This document shows positions 10,501 through 20,449 of a DNA stretch of 64,000 nucleotides, one piece after another. Made by a program: the position numbers and the translations under genes. Source of the DNA: Bdellovibrionota bacterium. Its GTDB lineage: Bacteria > Bdellovibrionota_G > JALEGL01 > DATDPG01. Every line of letters begins with the position of its first letter. The first letter of the stretch is position 1. The stretch is taken from NCBI GenBank assembly GCA_963668355.1, contig OY764265.1:736001-800000 (forward strand). The letters are read 5' to 3'. The notes under the pieces were generated by a model. That model saw nothing but the letters and a program-made list of their open reading frames with translations. It was not told the DNA's origin and did not search any database.

Positions 10501-10720
10501 GCAAAGCGGATCATCGGATGACGTGAAAAAAAGAATAGCTGACCAAGTTTTGAAAATTTGGGAAGAAGAGGGACATGCATTCAAAAAGAAGAGCTTTAGG
10601 ATTTTCCTTCATGCAACACCGCCGGGATTTCAGGAAAGAATAGAAGCAATTGCTGATAGAGAAAACATTAGGGAATCGCCAACAAGCGCAGAAAAATCTG
10701 ACGCAAATAACAAAAATTAG
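7546..10720 (+). pseudogene. KAP-family P-loop NTPase split by a frameshift near 7707-7725
   Basis: Walker A GGLGTGKS lies in ORF 7546-7791. The +1 frame continues KRLGKSRSAYVDVWK into ORF 7850-10720, which has two inserted TM helices and Walker B IIIVFDNIDR. Confidence 0.8.
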
Positions 10721-10779
10721 TTAAAAGCAGCTGATAGTCGGGCCTTAGGTCTGGCTTTCGAATCGTTCCACGATAATTA

Positions 10780-10865
10780 ACGGATAGTGAATTCCATCGT
10801 GTGAGATCGTTGCGAACCTCCCCAAATGTCCTATCTCTGAACTCTGATCCCTCACGTGTTTCTCC
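10780..10865 (-). repeat. 86-bp repeat, inverted relative to 12996-13081; putative IS91-like oriIS end
   Basis: Only 3 mismatches against the 12996-13081 copy. Ends in GATGGAATTCACTATCCGT on the minus strand. Confidence 0.75.
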
Positions 10866-10872
10866 GAGTTCC

Positions 10873-10915
10873 GGTGACACACAACATAACTTCCTAAATT
10901 AAGTTGTGTGTCACC
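10873..10915. repeat. REP-like palindrome
   Basis: Perfect 13-bp arms GGTGACACACAAC / GTTGTGTGTCACC around a 17-nt AT-rich loop. Confidence 0.7.
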
Positions 10916-11200
10916 AGAATTGGGAGATCGTATTGTCTCCGGGCCCTATGCGCAGGACGATTCTCCCTCCTCACCACACGAGCGGCTTTGGCAAAGCCAG
11001 TCCCCGAGACCAGGTTCTAAGAGAATCGAATCTTTCTTTCTTCCATCACGTTTTTTTGGAGTCTGGGGACAGGTATGGACCTGCCCGTCAAGTGCTAAAA
11101 GAGTGAGAAGGGAAGTATTTCAAGGCGCGGACCACTTTTTCGTGGGCCATACGATCAAGCTTGTAGATGCTGTGATCGACAGCGTCGCAAGAAACAGCCA

Positions 11201-12427
11201 TCATCTATTCCAAAAGGAATAATGTTTGGGAAATACATGCTTTAGCATCTCACCTTCGGGGCTTTGTTCAACTAGTGAGCGTAGCGTCTTTCCGTCATCC
11301 ATTTCGTAGTTTCTCAATGTGTCGTAAAGAATTGTGCGACCTAGCACTCCTTTTTCGGGCCAACCAAAATTATGAGCCCATGCGAGAGCAGGGATGACAG
11401 TTTGAGGTCCATAAATATCGACGACATTGCTGACAAGTCGAATGGGATATCCGTGATAATCTTCGGCAATTTCCGTCCATTTCTTTTTCGCACACCAGGC
11501 GACAAGCCATGTGCTTTTATCGTTTGAGAATGTTGAAAAATGATTTGCCGGTAAGTCATCCTCGTAACTATGGACTCTTAATATTTGTTTGGGTCCCTTC
11601 GGAAGACAGTCATAAGTCGCGAGCGTTGTTTCCAAAAAGATTTCATCCGTTTCGTAGTGGAGAAACGTCGTGGGAAAATCCCAATTAAAATCTTTTAACG
11701 TTTCGCAGATATCGAATTGGTCGGAAATCACGCCATCCTTGCCAAGGTCAATCTCTTGAGGCGAGACTCCTTCCAACATAACGGCTGCTGGTTTAGGAAT
11801 GCCGTATCTTAACTTTGGGGAGAGTTGTTGACTTTGTTGAATAAACGAAATTGCGATTCGTGCTCCTGAAGAATGTCCGTATACGGACCAGTCTTCAGCT
11901 AACACGAATTGAAAGCGACTTCTGATCGCTGGCAAAACGGATTGAATGGCTAAAATGGAATCATATGCGATCTCCGTACTGTCAAACTCTTTCTCCTCTT
12001 GAAGCTTTTGCATGGCTTTGATGTCTCTATGCCACGTGTATCTTCGATCAGGTTTGTAAACGGGAACAATTACGAGTACGCCAGTTTTAGCAATATTTTC
12101 CAAGAGATCTTTATAGCCATGGATTCCCACCATGGGGAGGGAACCTTTAAAGAAAATCAGAACAGGGGCCGACCAAAGACCTCTTTCTTCGAGTAGTGGA
12201 TAGTACACATCCACGTCCATTTGAGGTTTGACGTACTCATATTCAAATCCGTGCTCGTCTCGCTGAAGCTGCACGGTTGGTAGCTCAGACTCCTTGTACT
12301 TCACTTTCTCGAAAGGAACACTTTCGAATTGGTTCCATGGGTTGGTTGGTTCATTTGCAAAAACGGAAAGCGAGATAAGGGTGCAAAAAAGAGTCAGAGC
12401 TAGCTTGTAGAGGGGGACATAACGCAT
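11201..12427 (-). CDS. Secreted alpha/beta-hydrolase-fold protein
   Basis: Signal peptide, APVLIFFKG strand, nucleophile elbow VYGHSSG, late His (PANH). Confidence 0.65.
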   Translation of the reverse strand: MRYVPLYKLALTLFCTLISLSVFANEPTNPWNQFESVPFEKVKYKESELPTVQLQRDEHGFEYEYVKPQMDVDVYYPLLEERGLWSAPVLIFFKGSLPMVGIHGYKDLLENIAKTGVLVIVPVYKPDRRYTWHRDIKAMQKLQEEKEFDSTEIAYDSILAIQSVLPAIRSRFQFVLAEDWSVYGHSSGARIAISFIQQSQQLSPKLRYGIPKPAAVMLEGVSPQEIDLGKDGVISDQFDICETLKDFNWDFPTTFLHYETDEIFLETTLATYDCLPKGPKQILRVHSYEDDLPANHFSTFSNDKSTWLVAWCAKKKWTEIAEDYHGYPIRLVSNVVDIYGPQTVIPALAWAHNFGWPEKGVLGRTILYDTLRNYEMDDGKTLRSLVEQSPEGEMLKHVFPKHYSFWNR

Positions 12428-12678
12428 AACGCGACGCTCCATACAAAAGGTTGCTTTGGCTGTCAATCAAGGAATTCTGAGAAATGGTGGGCGATACTGG
12501 GTTCACGAACTCTCGTTCGTAGACCCAAGTAGATGCTTTTCTTTGAAATGTGCATTTTGGGCTCGTCATACTGCCTTCGAAGACTTTGAGCAATGTGCTC
12601 AAAGTCGCGGGACACCCGTGTGCGTCCCAAATTTTGTTTCAATTCAGGAAACATCATGTTCATTTAGCCACCACGCAA

Positions 12679-13081
12679 GACATTTAGAAGAGCCAACGAG
12701 GGAAGAGCGCGCCACGGGGCCACCGGGCTGGGTGAGAGAGGCTGAATTCGGTCAAGGAGCAGAGGAGTACGCTGATGTAGAGGTAAGTGACGAGAGCTAT
12801 TTAGTGGATTCCCAGTACGACGAGGAAGGCAAAATACGCACGTAGTCTGAATAGAAGACGCCCTCATTTTGATGGAGGAGATGCACAGGTGTGCGAGAAA
12901 GTGGGCCATCGTGGTTATGGATGTCTGTTCAAGAGGGGTTCAAGCCGTCGGGATGGGCGAACGTCGGGGGCAGGGCGCCAAAAAATTTCAAAATTGGAGA
13001 AACACGTGAGGGATCAGAGTTCAGAGATACGACATTTGGGGAGGTTCACAACGACCTCACACGATGGAATTCACTATCCGT
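12679..13081 (+). mobile_element. 3' relic of an IS91/ISCR-like rolling-circle element (transposase tail plus oriIS-like end)
   Basis: Encodes HLEEPTREERATGPPGW followed by an acidic tail (YLVDSQYDE, stop at 12845), resembling the HL..GPPxW tails of IS91-family transposases. Ends in GAATTCACTATCC, similar to the GAA(T/C)TTCCTAT(A/C)C oriIS consensus as I recall it. Confidence 0.55.
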
Positions 13082-13409
13082 ATGTAATGACGGATAGTTC
13101 CGGAGCTTCGATTTTGCTTTTGCCCATGTGAACTATGGAGCCAGGCGCAAGCCCCTTTTTGTGAGAAAGCTTCTAAAAAAGTCCGGAAAATTTGCTCTTT
13201 GCGGAGTTCATCACCGTTCAAAAAAAGTCGTTTGTTGAACTGGAGTCTATCACGAAAAACGGAAGCCTCAGAAAGCGTGCTTACATATTTGAGTTCATGA
13301 GGAGGATGAACGTTCATAAAATGCTTGAAATAATACGAGAAAATGCGCTTGAACCACGCACCGCAATGCGTTATTTTGTCTCGATTTCATGGAATACTGC
13401 TTTATTAGG

Positions 13410-16034
13410 ATGGCGCGGAAGTGGCTGTTGAAAGGGCTATCGGGCCTTTACCTTTCTTGGGTGCTTATTAGCATTGGGTTTGGGCCTGCTCTCGCCTCGG
13501 CGGAGCCGGTTTCCAATCAAAGTTCATTCAACGTCGAGGAAGCGCGCCAGCGCGTCGTCAATCTTCTCGCAAAGGATTGGCACGCCGAAAATATCGGTTC
13601 TTGTCCGTTAACGGATGTTTTGTTAGATGATCTCGTCTCCGGTCAAGGTCAAAACCATCTCTACTTGGCGGTCCAAACCAAGGAATTCGAAGCCAACGTT
13701 TCCGAATGGGCGGAAATGGGTGATCTTTTGTCGGAAAAAATTCCGGTTGGAAGTTTTGTAACGCTGGCATTCAAAGAGGGAGAGCATCAGGTTGCTTCAC
13801 TCACGGTGAAACGTACTGGCAACGATGCTTGGACGGTGCGAACCGACACACCGCTAGGACAAGCCATGGAAGGCACCGTACTTGCCTTCAGCGAACTCTA
13901 TGGCCTCAATTCGCAAACCGTTCTCATAAATTTTGCCGCCTCGGCCATGCTTGGTGCATGCGGTGTTGCCCTCACCTCCGAAGTCGTAGCTATGGCGATC
14001 GCGGGAACTCTTTTGACTCCCGTTGGCATTCTTGCAGTAGTGCTCTTAGGTTTCGGCACATATCTCTTCCTGCAAAACACCACCGATTTATGGAATTTAT
14101 CGCGAACCGGAAACTATCGAGAATGGGGATACCGCTCTGCTTTCTTTGTCGGACAGAGCGCCGCGGCCATGGCTGGCGGTGGCATGTTGCTTCGTTCGGG
14201 TTACGTACCTCAAACCTCTCGAATCGTTCTCCGGCAACCCGCATTTGAGCCTCCTCCTCAAACCGAACCCGTACTTCGACCCGCAAACCCGGAAGTCCCA
14301 CCACCCGCACCAAGAGTTTTGCAACCGGCGCGTCCTGAAACCTGGGGAACTACGCAGGCGGAAGATGGCATCGCAGTGGCGACAAGAACACAAATTGCGA
14401 CATCCCCCGAAGCTCAAGCAGCCGTCGCGGCGTTTCTTGATGATTTCTATGCTACGCAACCAACAACTGCGCCCATCATGGAACCGGCCCCTATGACCTC
14501 GCCCCCCCTTGCTCTTGGATCACAGACCCTAGCGCCGCAAATGATTCTCGACCAAACAATTCCATCAGAAATGCAAACGATCACAGCCGGAAAAGCTGTG
14601 AGCCTTGAAGAGGCAACCGAAGAAGTAAGGCAAAGACTTTATCGAGCATACCTTGCGGAAACATCTCAGGGACCAAAACTCACTTATGAAGAATGGAAAG
14701 ATGGGATTTCTGACCCAAGAGAACGTCCAAAGCGTTTGCAAGCATTTGCAGAAGATACGGAACGATTCTCCCGTGAGCAGCTCTTGGAAACGTATCCCGC
14801 AATTGTGGAGTTCGTCGATGACGCGTGGAGTCTGCTCGAACCGATCTATAAAACCAGTTCCTTTTGGCTACCTGGAAATCCTTTCAAGAAATTTCGCCAA
14901 ATGCATTCCGGTCCCATAACTACGGATGCCGCGCTGAAGGCGCTGGAAACAGATATCGAAGCCTACTTTGTGCGAAAATACTCTCGGCTCCAAGCAAGGC
15001 GTTTTTCGATCCGAAATCATCTACGGGCAGCACTTGTTCAGGTTGTTAGCTCCGAGACGATAGCTCGGTTCTCGCCTTTCACAGTTCAAATCCAGGTCTT
15101 CGACGATCATGACTACATTAAGGATCCGGCTCAAAGGGAACTGTTGACGAAACAATATCCGTGGTTACTCGATAACGAGATTGACCGATCATTCTATCCT
15201 GAACTTACTACGATTCGCGCGAGCGACCCCGAGTATCAAGTTTGGCGTGAATTCCAAGCAGAGTATATTGCTGCCGGAGGAGAATCAAGTGTGGCAGGTT
15301 ATTCAGGATTCGATCCTCTCGAGGATGACAAGATCGCCACGTTTTATGCCAGAGTAGGAAGTTCTTTTCCGGATTTCGTTATCATCCACGAAATCGGCCA
15401 CATTTTCCAAAATGAGCTTCTCATGCAACTTGTTCCTGAAATCCTTTCTTTGAAAAAGGGAGATGACATTCGCAAACTCATGAACCTCTTCGTAGAGCTG
15501 GAAGTCCAATTGGAAATGGCGTCGCCATGGCCATCTACGGATCCGACTCGGGAGTTGTACAGTCGCTTTGATCACATCTGTAATTTAGTCACGGTTCAAC
15601 TAAACAAGTTGCGGGCCCTTCGCGAGTTGATCACGCAGGTTCATGAAATTCTTTCCAGCTGTGAATGGCTACCTAGAGATAAGATTCCGTTGCTTGAGGA
15701 GGCATTCAATGTTCGTGCCCTCGATTTGATTCCAGCGTTCGAAGCGATACGAGAAAGCATGGTGGGCCTCTATCAACGTAATAACCCTGAAACTTGGAAC
15801 TTCCATCTTGAGGTGCGAGATAAAAGAGCCGTAGAAGCAGAGATCAAACTTTTATCCCGTGCTCAGGGTGGAAGAACCAACCAACAACCTCAACAAGGTT
15901 TATCGTTGTTTGACGGAGCGGTGCAAAGAACTACTGCCGAGACTCCGGCTCAAAAAGTAAAAAACGTAGGTCGTAACGAACCGTGCCCTTGTGGTAGTGG
16001 AAAGAAATACAAAAAATGCTGCGGTAAAAAATGA
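13410..16034 (+). CDS. Large exported/membrane protein with HExxH motif and C-terminal SEC-C zinc motif
   Basis: Signal peptide, hydrophobic Gly/Ala segments, Pro-rich linker, IIHEIGH, terminal [20 protein letters not shown]. Confidence 0.75.
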   Translation: MARKWLLKGLSGLYLSWVLISIGFGPALASAEPVSNQSSFNVEEARQRVVNLLAKDWHAENIGSCPLTDVLLDDLVSGQGQNHLYLAVQTKEFEANVSEWAEMGDLLSEKIPVGSFVTLAFKEGEHQVASLTVKRTGNDAWTVRTDTPLGQAMEGTVLAFSELYGLNSQTVLINFAASAMLGACGVALTSEVVAMAIAGTLLTPVGILAVVLLGFGTYLFLQNTTDLWNLSRTGNYREWGYRSAFFVGQSAAAMAGGGMLLRSGYVPQTSRIVLRQPAFEPPPQTEPVLRPANPEVPPPAPRVLQPARPETWGTTQAEDGIAVATRTQIATSPEAQAAVAAFLDDFYATQPTTAPIMEPAPMTSPPLALGSQTLAPQMILDQTIPSEMQTITAGKAVSLEEATEEVRQRLYRAYLAETSQGPKLTYEEWKDGISDPRERPKRLQAFAEDTERFSREQLLETYPAIVEFVDDAWSLLEPIYKTSSFWLPGNPFKKFRQMHSGPITTDAALKALETDIEAYFVRKYSRLQARRFSIRNHLRAALVQVVSSETIARFSPFTVQIQVFDDHDYIKDPAQRELLTKQYPWLLDNEIDRSFYPELTTIRASDPEYQVWREFQAEYIAAGGESSVAGYSGFDPLEDDKIATFYARVGSSFPDFVIIHEIGHIFQNELLMQLVPEILSLKKGDDIRKLMNLFVELEVQLEMASPWPSTDPTRELYSRFDHICNLVTVQLNKLRALRELITQVHEILSSCEWLPRDKIPLLEEAFNVRALDLIPAFEAIRESMVGLYQRNNPETWNFHLEVRDKRAVEAEIKLLSRAQGGRTNQQPQQGLSLFDGAVQRTTAETPAQKVKNVGRNEPCPCGSGKKYKKCCGKK

Positions 16035-16041
16035 ATGTTGT

Positions 16042-16093
16042 CATTTAGAAGAGCCAACGAGGGAGGAGCGCGCCACATGGCCAGGCTGGGTGA
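16042..16093 (+). repeat. IS91-like transposase tail fragment, copy 3
   Basis: CATTTAGAAGAGCCAACGAGGGAGGAGCGCGCCAC matches 12681-12715 at 34 of 35 positions. Confidence 0.7.
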
Positions 16094-16107
16094 TGTTTAG
16101 GTGCCAG

Positions 16108-16420
16108 TGTAGAAGCAAGGATTTAACGCAACAGTCTGTCCATAGCTTCGTAAGGGGTTTCCCAGGCGAGTGTTTTTCTGGGTCTCCCGTTAAGTAGATG
16201 TTGAGCTCGTTTGATTTCTTGTTCTGAAACGTGGTTAAAATTCGTTCCTTTTGGAAAATATTGTCGGATTAGGCCGTTGGTGTTTTCATTGCTTCCTCTT
16301 TCCCACGGGCTTTGCGGATGGGCGAAGTACACCGTCATTTTTGTGTCCTGAGTAAACAGCTTGTGCTCAGCCATTTCTCGTCCCTGATCGTAGGTTAAGG
16401 TCCAACGCCGCATTTTTAAA
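16108..16420 (-). mobile_element. IS30-family remnant (C-terminal transposase fragment plus one terminal inverted repeat)
   Basis: TLTYDQGREM, YFAHPQSPWERGSNENTNGLIRQYFPKG, LNGRPRKTL. End sequence TGTAGAAGCAAGGATTTAACGCAACA at 16108-16133 has the IS30 TGTAGA...GCAACA form. The N-terminal part is missing. Confidence 0.92.
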
Positions 16421-16517
16421 TCATATAAGTCTTTTAAAAAATTTTGAATTCTGGAAGTAGGGTACCTAACTGCCAAGCACATTGATGAAGGTTGTGATTT
16501 TAGAGCAAGCGCAAATT

Positions 16518-17672
16518 TTAAAAAGAAATGCTGATTCCGTCAGAATTGACGCCTCCATTAGCGTTGACGACGTAAATCCATGCTTCACCCGCGCCAAAAC
16601 TGCCTTGGTTCACTTTGATCATAACCTCATTGTCGTTCCAGGTTGTATGCGGTTCTTGCAATTCGAAATGGACTACGTCGTCAAATTGAGGAGCGTCTCC
16701 TATAAGGACTCTAGCTCTTGTTTGGTCAACATAGATGTCTCCAAACCAGGTGTTGGTGGGATCGATGTTGGCGGGCGCGTTGACATCGAGTCCAATCCTT
16801 TCAATCTTGTCATATGTTCCGCCGATGCTTAGGCCTTTGCGGCCCGGACCCCATAGCATGTCTGGAAAAGCTGAAGCGGTCGCCGTAATGGGAGTTCGAT
16901 TGATCCAAATCGTGTTTTGATATGTATGACCACATTCATCTTCTTGATCGAATGTGAAAAGCAATTCCAAATGATGGAAGTTGGAAGTGTCAGGAGGAAG
17001 GGATTGTTGGATCCATGGAGATGGATTTGAATGGGGAAGGCAGCCGTCTTGGTACTCGTTGTAGATCATCCATTGCGTGAACGTCCATGAAAGTCGACCG
17101 TTGGTTCCACTTCCATCCGGCCAAACCCGAATCATTTTTGTCGAAGCATTGGTTGCTGGAGTCGTGCTATCTACTTTATGCCAAAACGAAATGTAAAAAT
17201 CTGAGTCAAAAGGAAGACCGCTGTCTGGTCCTCGAAAATAGCATTTCCCGTTGTCATTCGATTCGAGACATTTGTACATCCAGGTACCCGGAACGCGGCT
17301 CTCGGATCCTTTGTAAAACCGAACATTCCCATCGTTGCCGTCAGTCGCATTACCATTGTTGGTCCAATAGAATCCTTCCCCTGTCGGCACAATGCCGTTG
17401 ATGTCGCCATCGTCTAGTTCGCCATACGCTGTTTGATTGGAAACGCGATCAAACAGGAGGGGTTCAACTGGATCTTTTGTGCCAAAACCCGAGCCTTGAA
17501 TCGTAAGGTTCTGTCCATCGATTAATGCACCGTCCCCAACACTTCCCGAAATTTCAGGATCAGTTGCCGTTTCACTGGCACTGCTTTCATTTGAATTGTC
17601 GCTGGAAACAGTCGCATGGCTACATGCGGCCAAGAGAATGGATAAACATAAAAACACAGAACTTTTTCCCAT
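16518..17672 (-). CDS. Lipoprotein, beta-rich (jelly-roll-like) hypothetical; paralog of 24024-25409
   Basis: Lipobox LAAC, RBS GGAG, motifs shared with 24024-25409. Confidence 0.75.
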   Translation of the reverse strand: MGKSSVFLCLSILLAACSHATVSSDNSNESSASETATDPEISGSVGDGALIDGQNLTIQGSGFGTKDPVEPLLFDRVSNQTAYGELDDGDINGIVPTGEGFYWTNNGNATDGNDGNVRFYKGSESRVPGTWMYKCLESNDNGKCYFRGPDSGLPFDSDFYISFWHKVDSTTPATNASTKMIRVWPDGSGTNGRLSWTFTQWMIYNEYQDGCLPHSNPSPWIQQSLPPDTSNFHHLELLFTFDQEDECGHTYQNTIWINRTPITATASAFPDMLWGPGRKGLSIGGTYDKIERIGLDVNAPANIDPTNTWFGDIYVDQTRARVLIGDAPQFDDVVHFELQEPHTTWNDNEVMIKVNQGSFGAGEAWIYVVNANGGVNSDGISISF

Positions 17673-18003
17673 CACTACGCTCCACTCCAATTCTTTTGCA
17701 CAAAAAATGCCGCGCCAACATCCTCCTAAGCATCTATTAATTGGCGACTTTCTATTCTTCTAAGAAGATCGTTTTTCGTAAAACTATGCAAGAATTGCGT
17801 GGGAAAGCAGGATGAGGACGAAAAGTTCACCAACCACTTTTCTGCCTTAATTAGGCTCAAGTGACTCATCAGGTCCTCAAAAGTTTGCTTCGCCATAGGC
17901 TTGAATTGATTTTTTGTTAATGTTTTTAAGGGGTTATGTTGAGGGAACTGGAGCGAGTTCTTCAATTGTGATCGGTGTCCCCTGATTTAAAAAAATCTCT
18001 TAA

Positions 18004-20220
18004 TTACGAGCATACTGTACACTTCTGATGGGGGAAGAGGTTGAGTCGCTGGCTGATACAATCGTATAGATCGTAACAACGGACCCAATTGTCGTGGGGG
18101 GAGTTCTTATGCCAAGACGTCCATTTCCGAAGAAGGGAACACATGATGGTGGCCGAATCGGCATCAAATTCTGATGACCCTTTCAGATCATAAGAGAATG
18201 CTTCAACGCCTTGCTGGCTCAAATGCAAATGAAGACAATTGAAACAGCTTCGCTTTGAAGGAGATGAGATAGGGCCTAGATAGAACAGATTACCTGCTAA
18301 GCTGGCATGAAGAACCATCTTTTCCTTCTCCATCGCCCACTCTGCGGCTTTCAGGTGTTCAGAAAGATCATTGGAGCAAAGCAGGACAGTTGTGGCCGAG
18401 GCTTGAACTTCTTTCGAAAACATTCTTTTCGCACTTTCTCTGCGAACAACCTGCCAATGCTTTCCATCTGAATCCGAAAATTCTGTTTCATCGAAGATCC
18501 CCAAATCATCAACGAGAAAAAGATCAGTGTTGGAGATCTCTTCCTTTTCGAGTTCGATTAGACCGGTTTCTTGAAGTCTGGAAATCCAATGAGCCAAGTG
18601 GGCCTCCTGAATTTCAGAGTTTGTCTTTAGGATGTTTGACAGGGAGTCTTTTTCTTGCCAAACGCCATGCCAAGTCTGGACCAGTTGTCTTTGCCAATCA
18701 TGTTTGCCTTCAATGCTGAAGACCTGGTTTTTAGCTTGATGGAAAAAAAGAATGTGCTTCGGTCCGAATTTGACCGCGAGTTCAGATTTGAGTCGAAAAC
18801 GATGGGAAAACAAAATGGGTTTGTGTGCGGGGTCAAAGGGTTTGTTGGTTACGGCTACAAACTCTTCCACAACAGCACGTTCTACCCCGACGTTTTCTTG
18901 AGTTCGGTTAGGTGGGCAGGCATGGGCCTCAGAGAGAAGTTTTCCCAGGGAATCGTACATAATAAGGCCGCTGCAATTGGGGCAAATTGATGTATCTTTT
19001 GCTTTGAGCCCTTTAACGGCAAAAGGGCCTTCAAGTCCGTCTTGATATCCAATGGAGTGAACTTGCAGCGAAGGGTCAAACAATCCATAAATCGGGTTAA
19101 ATATTCTTTGGCGTGTATCTATAAAGCCTTCACGTTCCCTTCTTCCTTTCAAAGAAAGGTTTTTTACCAGAGGGCCAGCTACCTGTCGCACGAGTTCCAC
19201 TTCGTGATTGCTCTCATAACGGTGTGCAGAATCCGAGTGGGGGCAGTCGCCTACATGATAGTCAATCTGTTTGAGAGCAGCATAAATGGAGACTTCCCGA
19301 TCTTCGAGGGCATAGAGGGGTTCGAGAACTTTCGGATAATTGTCCAAAGGTTCGGTGGGGCTACCTCCAGCGAGTTCAGAAAACATCAGATCGGTTAAGG
19401 TCGTTCCGGCTAAGAGAAAATAGGGCTCATTGATCTCGTCCTTTTGGTTGTGTGCGCACGAAACTGTGTAGCCTAAATGGCAAGGAATGCAGGCATCTTC
19501 ATGACAAGGTGATTGCATCATGCGATCAAGATGGCATACAGACCCTTCGGGTAGGGATGTTTTCACAAGCTTTAAGTTGTTAGCATCACAAAAAGCTTGA
19601 GCTGCTTGTGCACATTTGGTCCGATATAGATGTTCTCCCTCGTTTCCATTGTTCATGAAATAGGGTCTAATCCTTAGGGAAAGTTCCGCCAACTTTGTAT
19701 AAGAAACCAGGAGTGAGCTGGCTACAGTGCTGTCACGTTCTCCGGACAAAGCTATTACGACAAGATCATCATCAGATAGACCACTTTCGACCAAGTTCTT
19801 TGCGGCAATGGCTTCAGTCCATTTCACAAAACAGCTTCCACACATTGGTCGTTCACCTTTTCCTGTGATGGCAAAGGCGCTATTGCATAAGACACAGGAC
19901 TCTGCGGGACCTCCTTGAAAAGTCCTAAGTCGTTCTCCCATACGGAAATTGGTTTTGTTGGACGCTATGATTAGCATGTTATTTTGGGGAGTGATTTTGG
20001 CGATGTCGCACCAGGCTCGTTCAGCATCAATATGTATAAGAAACCCTTGGCAGAGTCTGTCTTCCTGGATTTCCAGAAGTTCGGTGGCTGCTACCGACAG
20101 CTCTGGATGGGAACGTAGGGACGTGATGATTTCTCCGGCACATGTCCCAGCAGGAAACTCGGTCTCGAGGTGGCCTAGGGTTGGGTAATGGAAGACGACA
20201 TTGATATTAGTGGAGGACAT
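18004..20220 (-). CDS. Multidomain fusion: ubiquitin-like + TtuA/Ncs6-like PP-loop domain + RRE-like + ThiF/E1-like domain
   Basis: Internal FQGG at aa 101-104; CVLC/CGSC zinc finger; ALSGERDS; ACIPC; PLY..EDRE..YA..K.I.Y...CP; winged-helix ending ISRLQETGLIE; LGP..SCFNCL and terminal PHQKCTVC. Confidence 0.7.
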   Translation of the reverse strand: MSSTNINVVFHYPTLGHLETEFPAGTCAGEIITSLRSHPELSVAATELLEIQEDRLCQGFLIHIDAERAWCDIAKITPQNNMLIIASNKTNFRMGERLRTFQGGPAESCVLCNSAFAITGKGERPMCGSCFVKWTEAIAAKNLVESGLSDDDLVVIALSGERDSTVASSLLVSYTKLAELSLRIRPYFMNNGNEGEHLYRTKCAQAAQAFCDANNLKLVKTSLPEGSVCHLDRMMQSPCHEDACIPCHLGYTVSCAHNQKDEINEPYFLLAGTTLTDLMFSELAGGSPTEPLDNYPKVLEPLYALEDREVSIYAALKQIDYHVGDCPHSDSAHRYESNHEVELVRQVAGPLVKNLSLKGRREREGFIDTRQRIFNPIYGLFDPSLQVHSIGYQDGLEGPFAVKGLKAKDTSICPNCSGLIMYDSLGKLLSEAHACPPNRTQENVGVERAVVEEFVAVTNKPFDPAHKPILFSHRFRLKSELAVKFGPKHILFFHQAKNQVFSIEGKHDWQRQLVQTWHGVWQEKDSLSNILKTNSEIQEAHLAHWISRLQETGLIELEKEEISNTDLFLVDDLGIFDETEFSDSDGKHWQVVRRESAKRMFSKEVQASATTVLLCSNDLSEHLKAAEWAMEKEKMVLHASLAGNLFYLGPISSPSKRSCFNCLHLHLSQQGVEAFSYDLKGSSEFDADSATIMCSLLRKWTSWHKNSPHDNWVRCYDLYDCISQRLNLFPHQKCTVCS

Positions 20221-20449
20221 TCAGAAATATTACCATTCCTTCAAAAAAAAATTCAAAGGTTTGGAGTTCAGCCGACTGAGGGCTCTTGTGGACAAAGTTT
20301 TCAATCTTCCTAAGGTCCATCCCACCACACGACGGTATCTGACTTTCTTTAATTCGATACAGTCGAGAAGGAATGAAGTGGCCGGCTTCATCTCCAAGGC
20401 GACACCTAATTACTCGCCGCGCAAATAAGGTAAGAAGGCTGAAGAATTT

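Noticed and set aside
12960..12995. GGGGGCAGGGCGCCAAAAAATTT as a phage packaging site
   Set aside because: No terminase nearby, and the sequence lies inside the IS91-like relic.
10668..13131. Short ORFs sharing GETREGSEFRD (10668-10880, 12891-13097) as a peptide family
   Set aside because: The similarity is explained by the 86-bp DNA repeat; the ORFs have unrelated starts and ends.
20230..20391. 53-aa minus-strand ORF (MKPATSFLLDC...KEW) upstream of the TtuA-like fusion as its precursor
   Set aside because: GGAG abuts the ATG with no spacing and there is no leader/core character. It cannot be supported without homologs, though it is worth rechecking.
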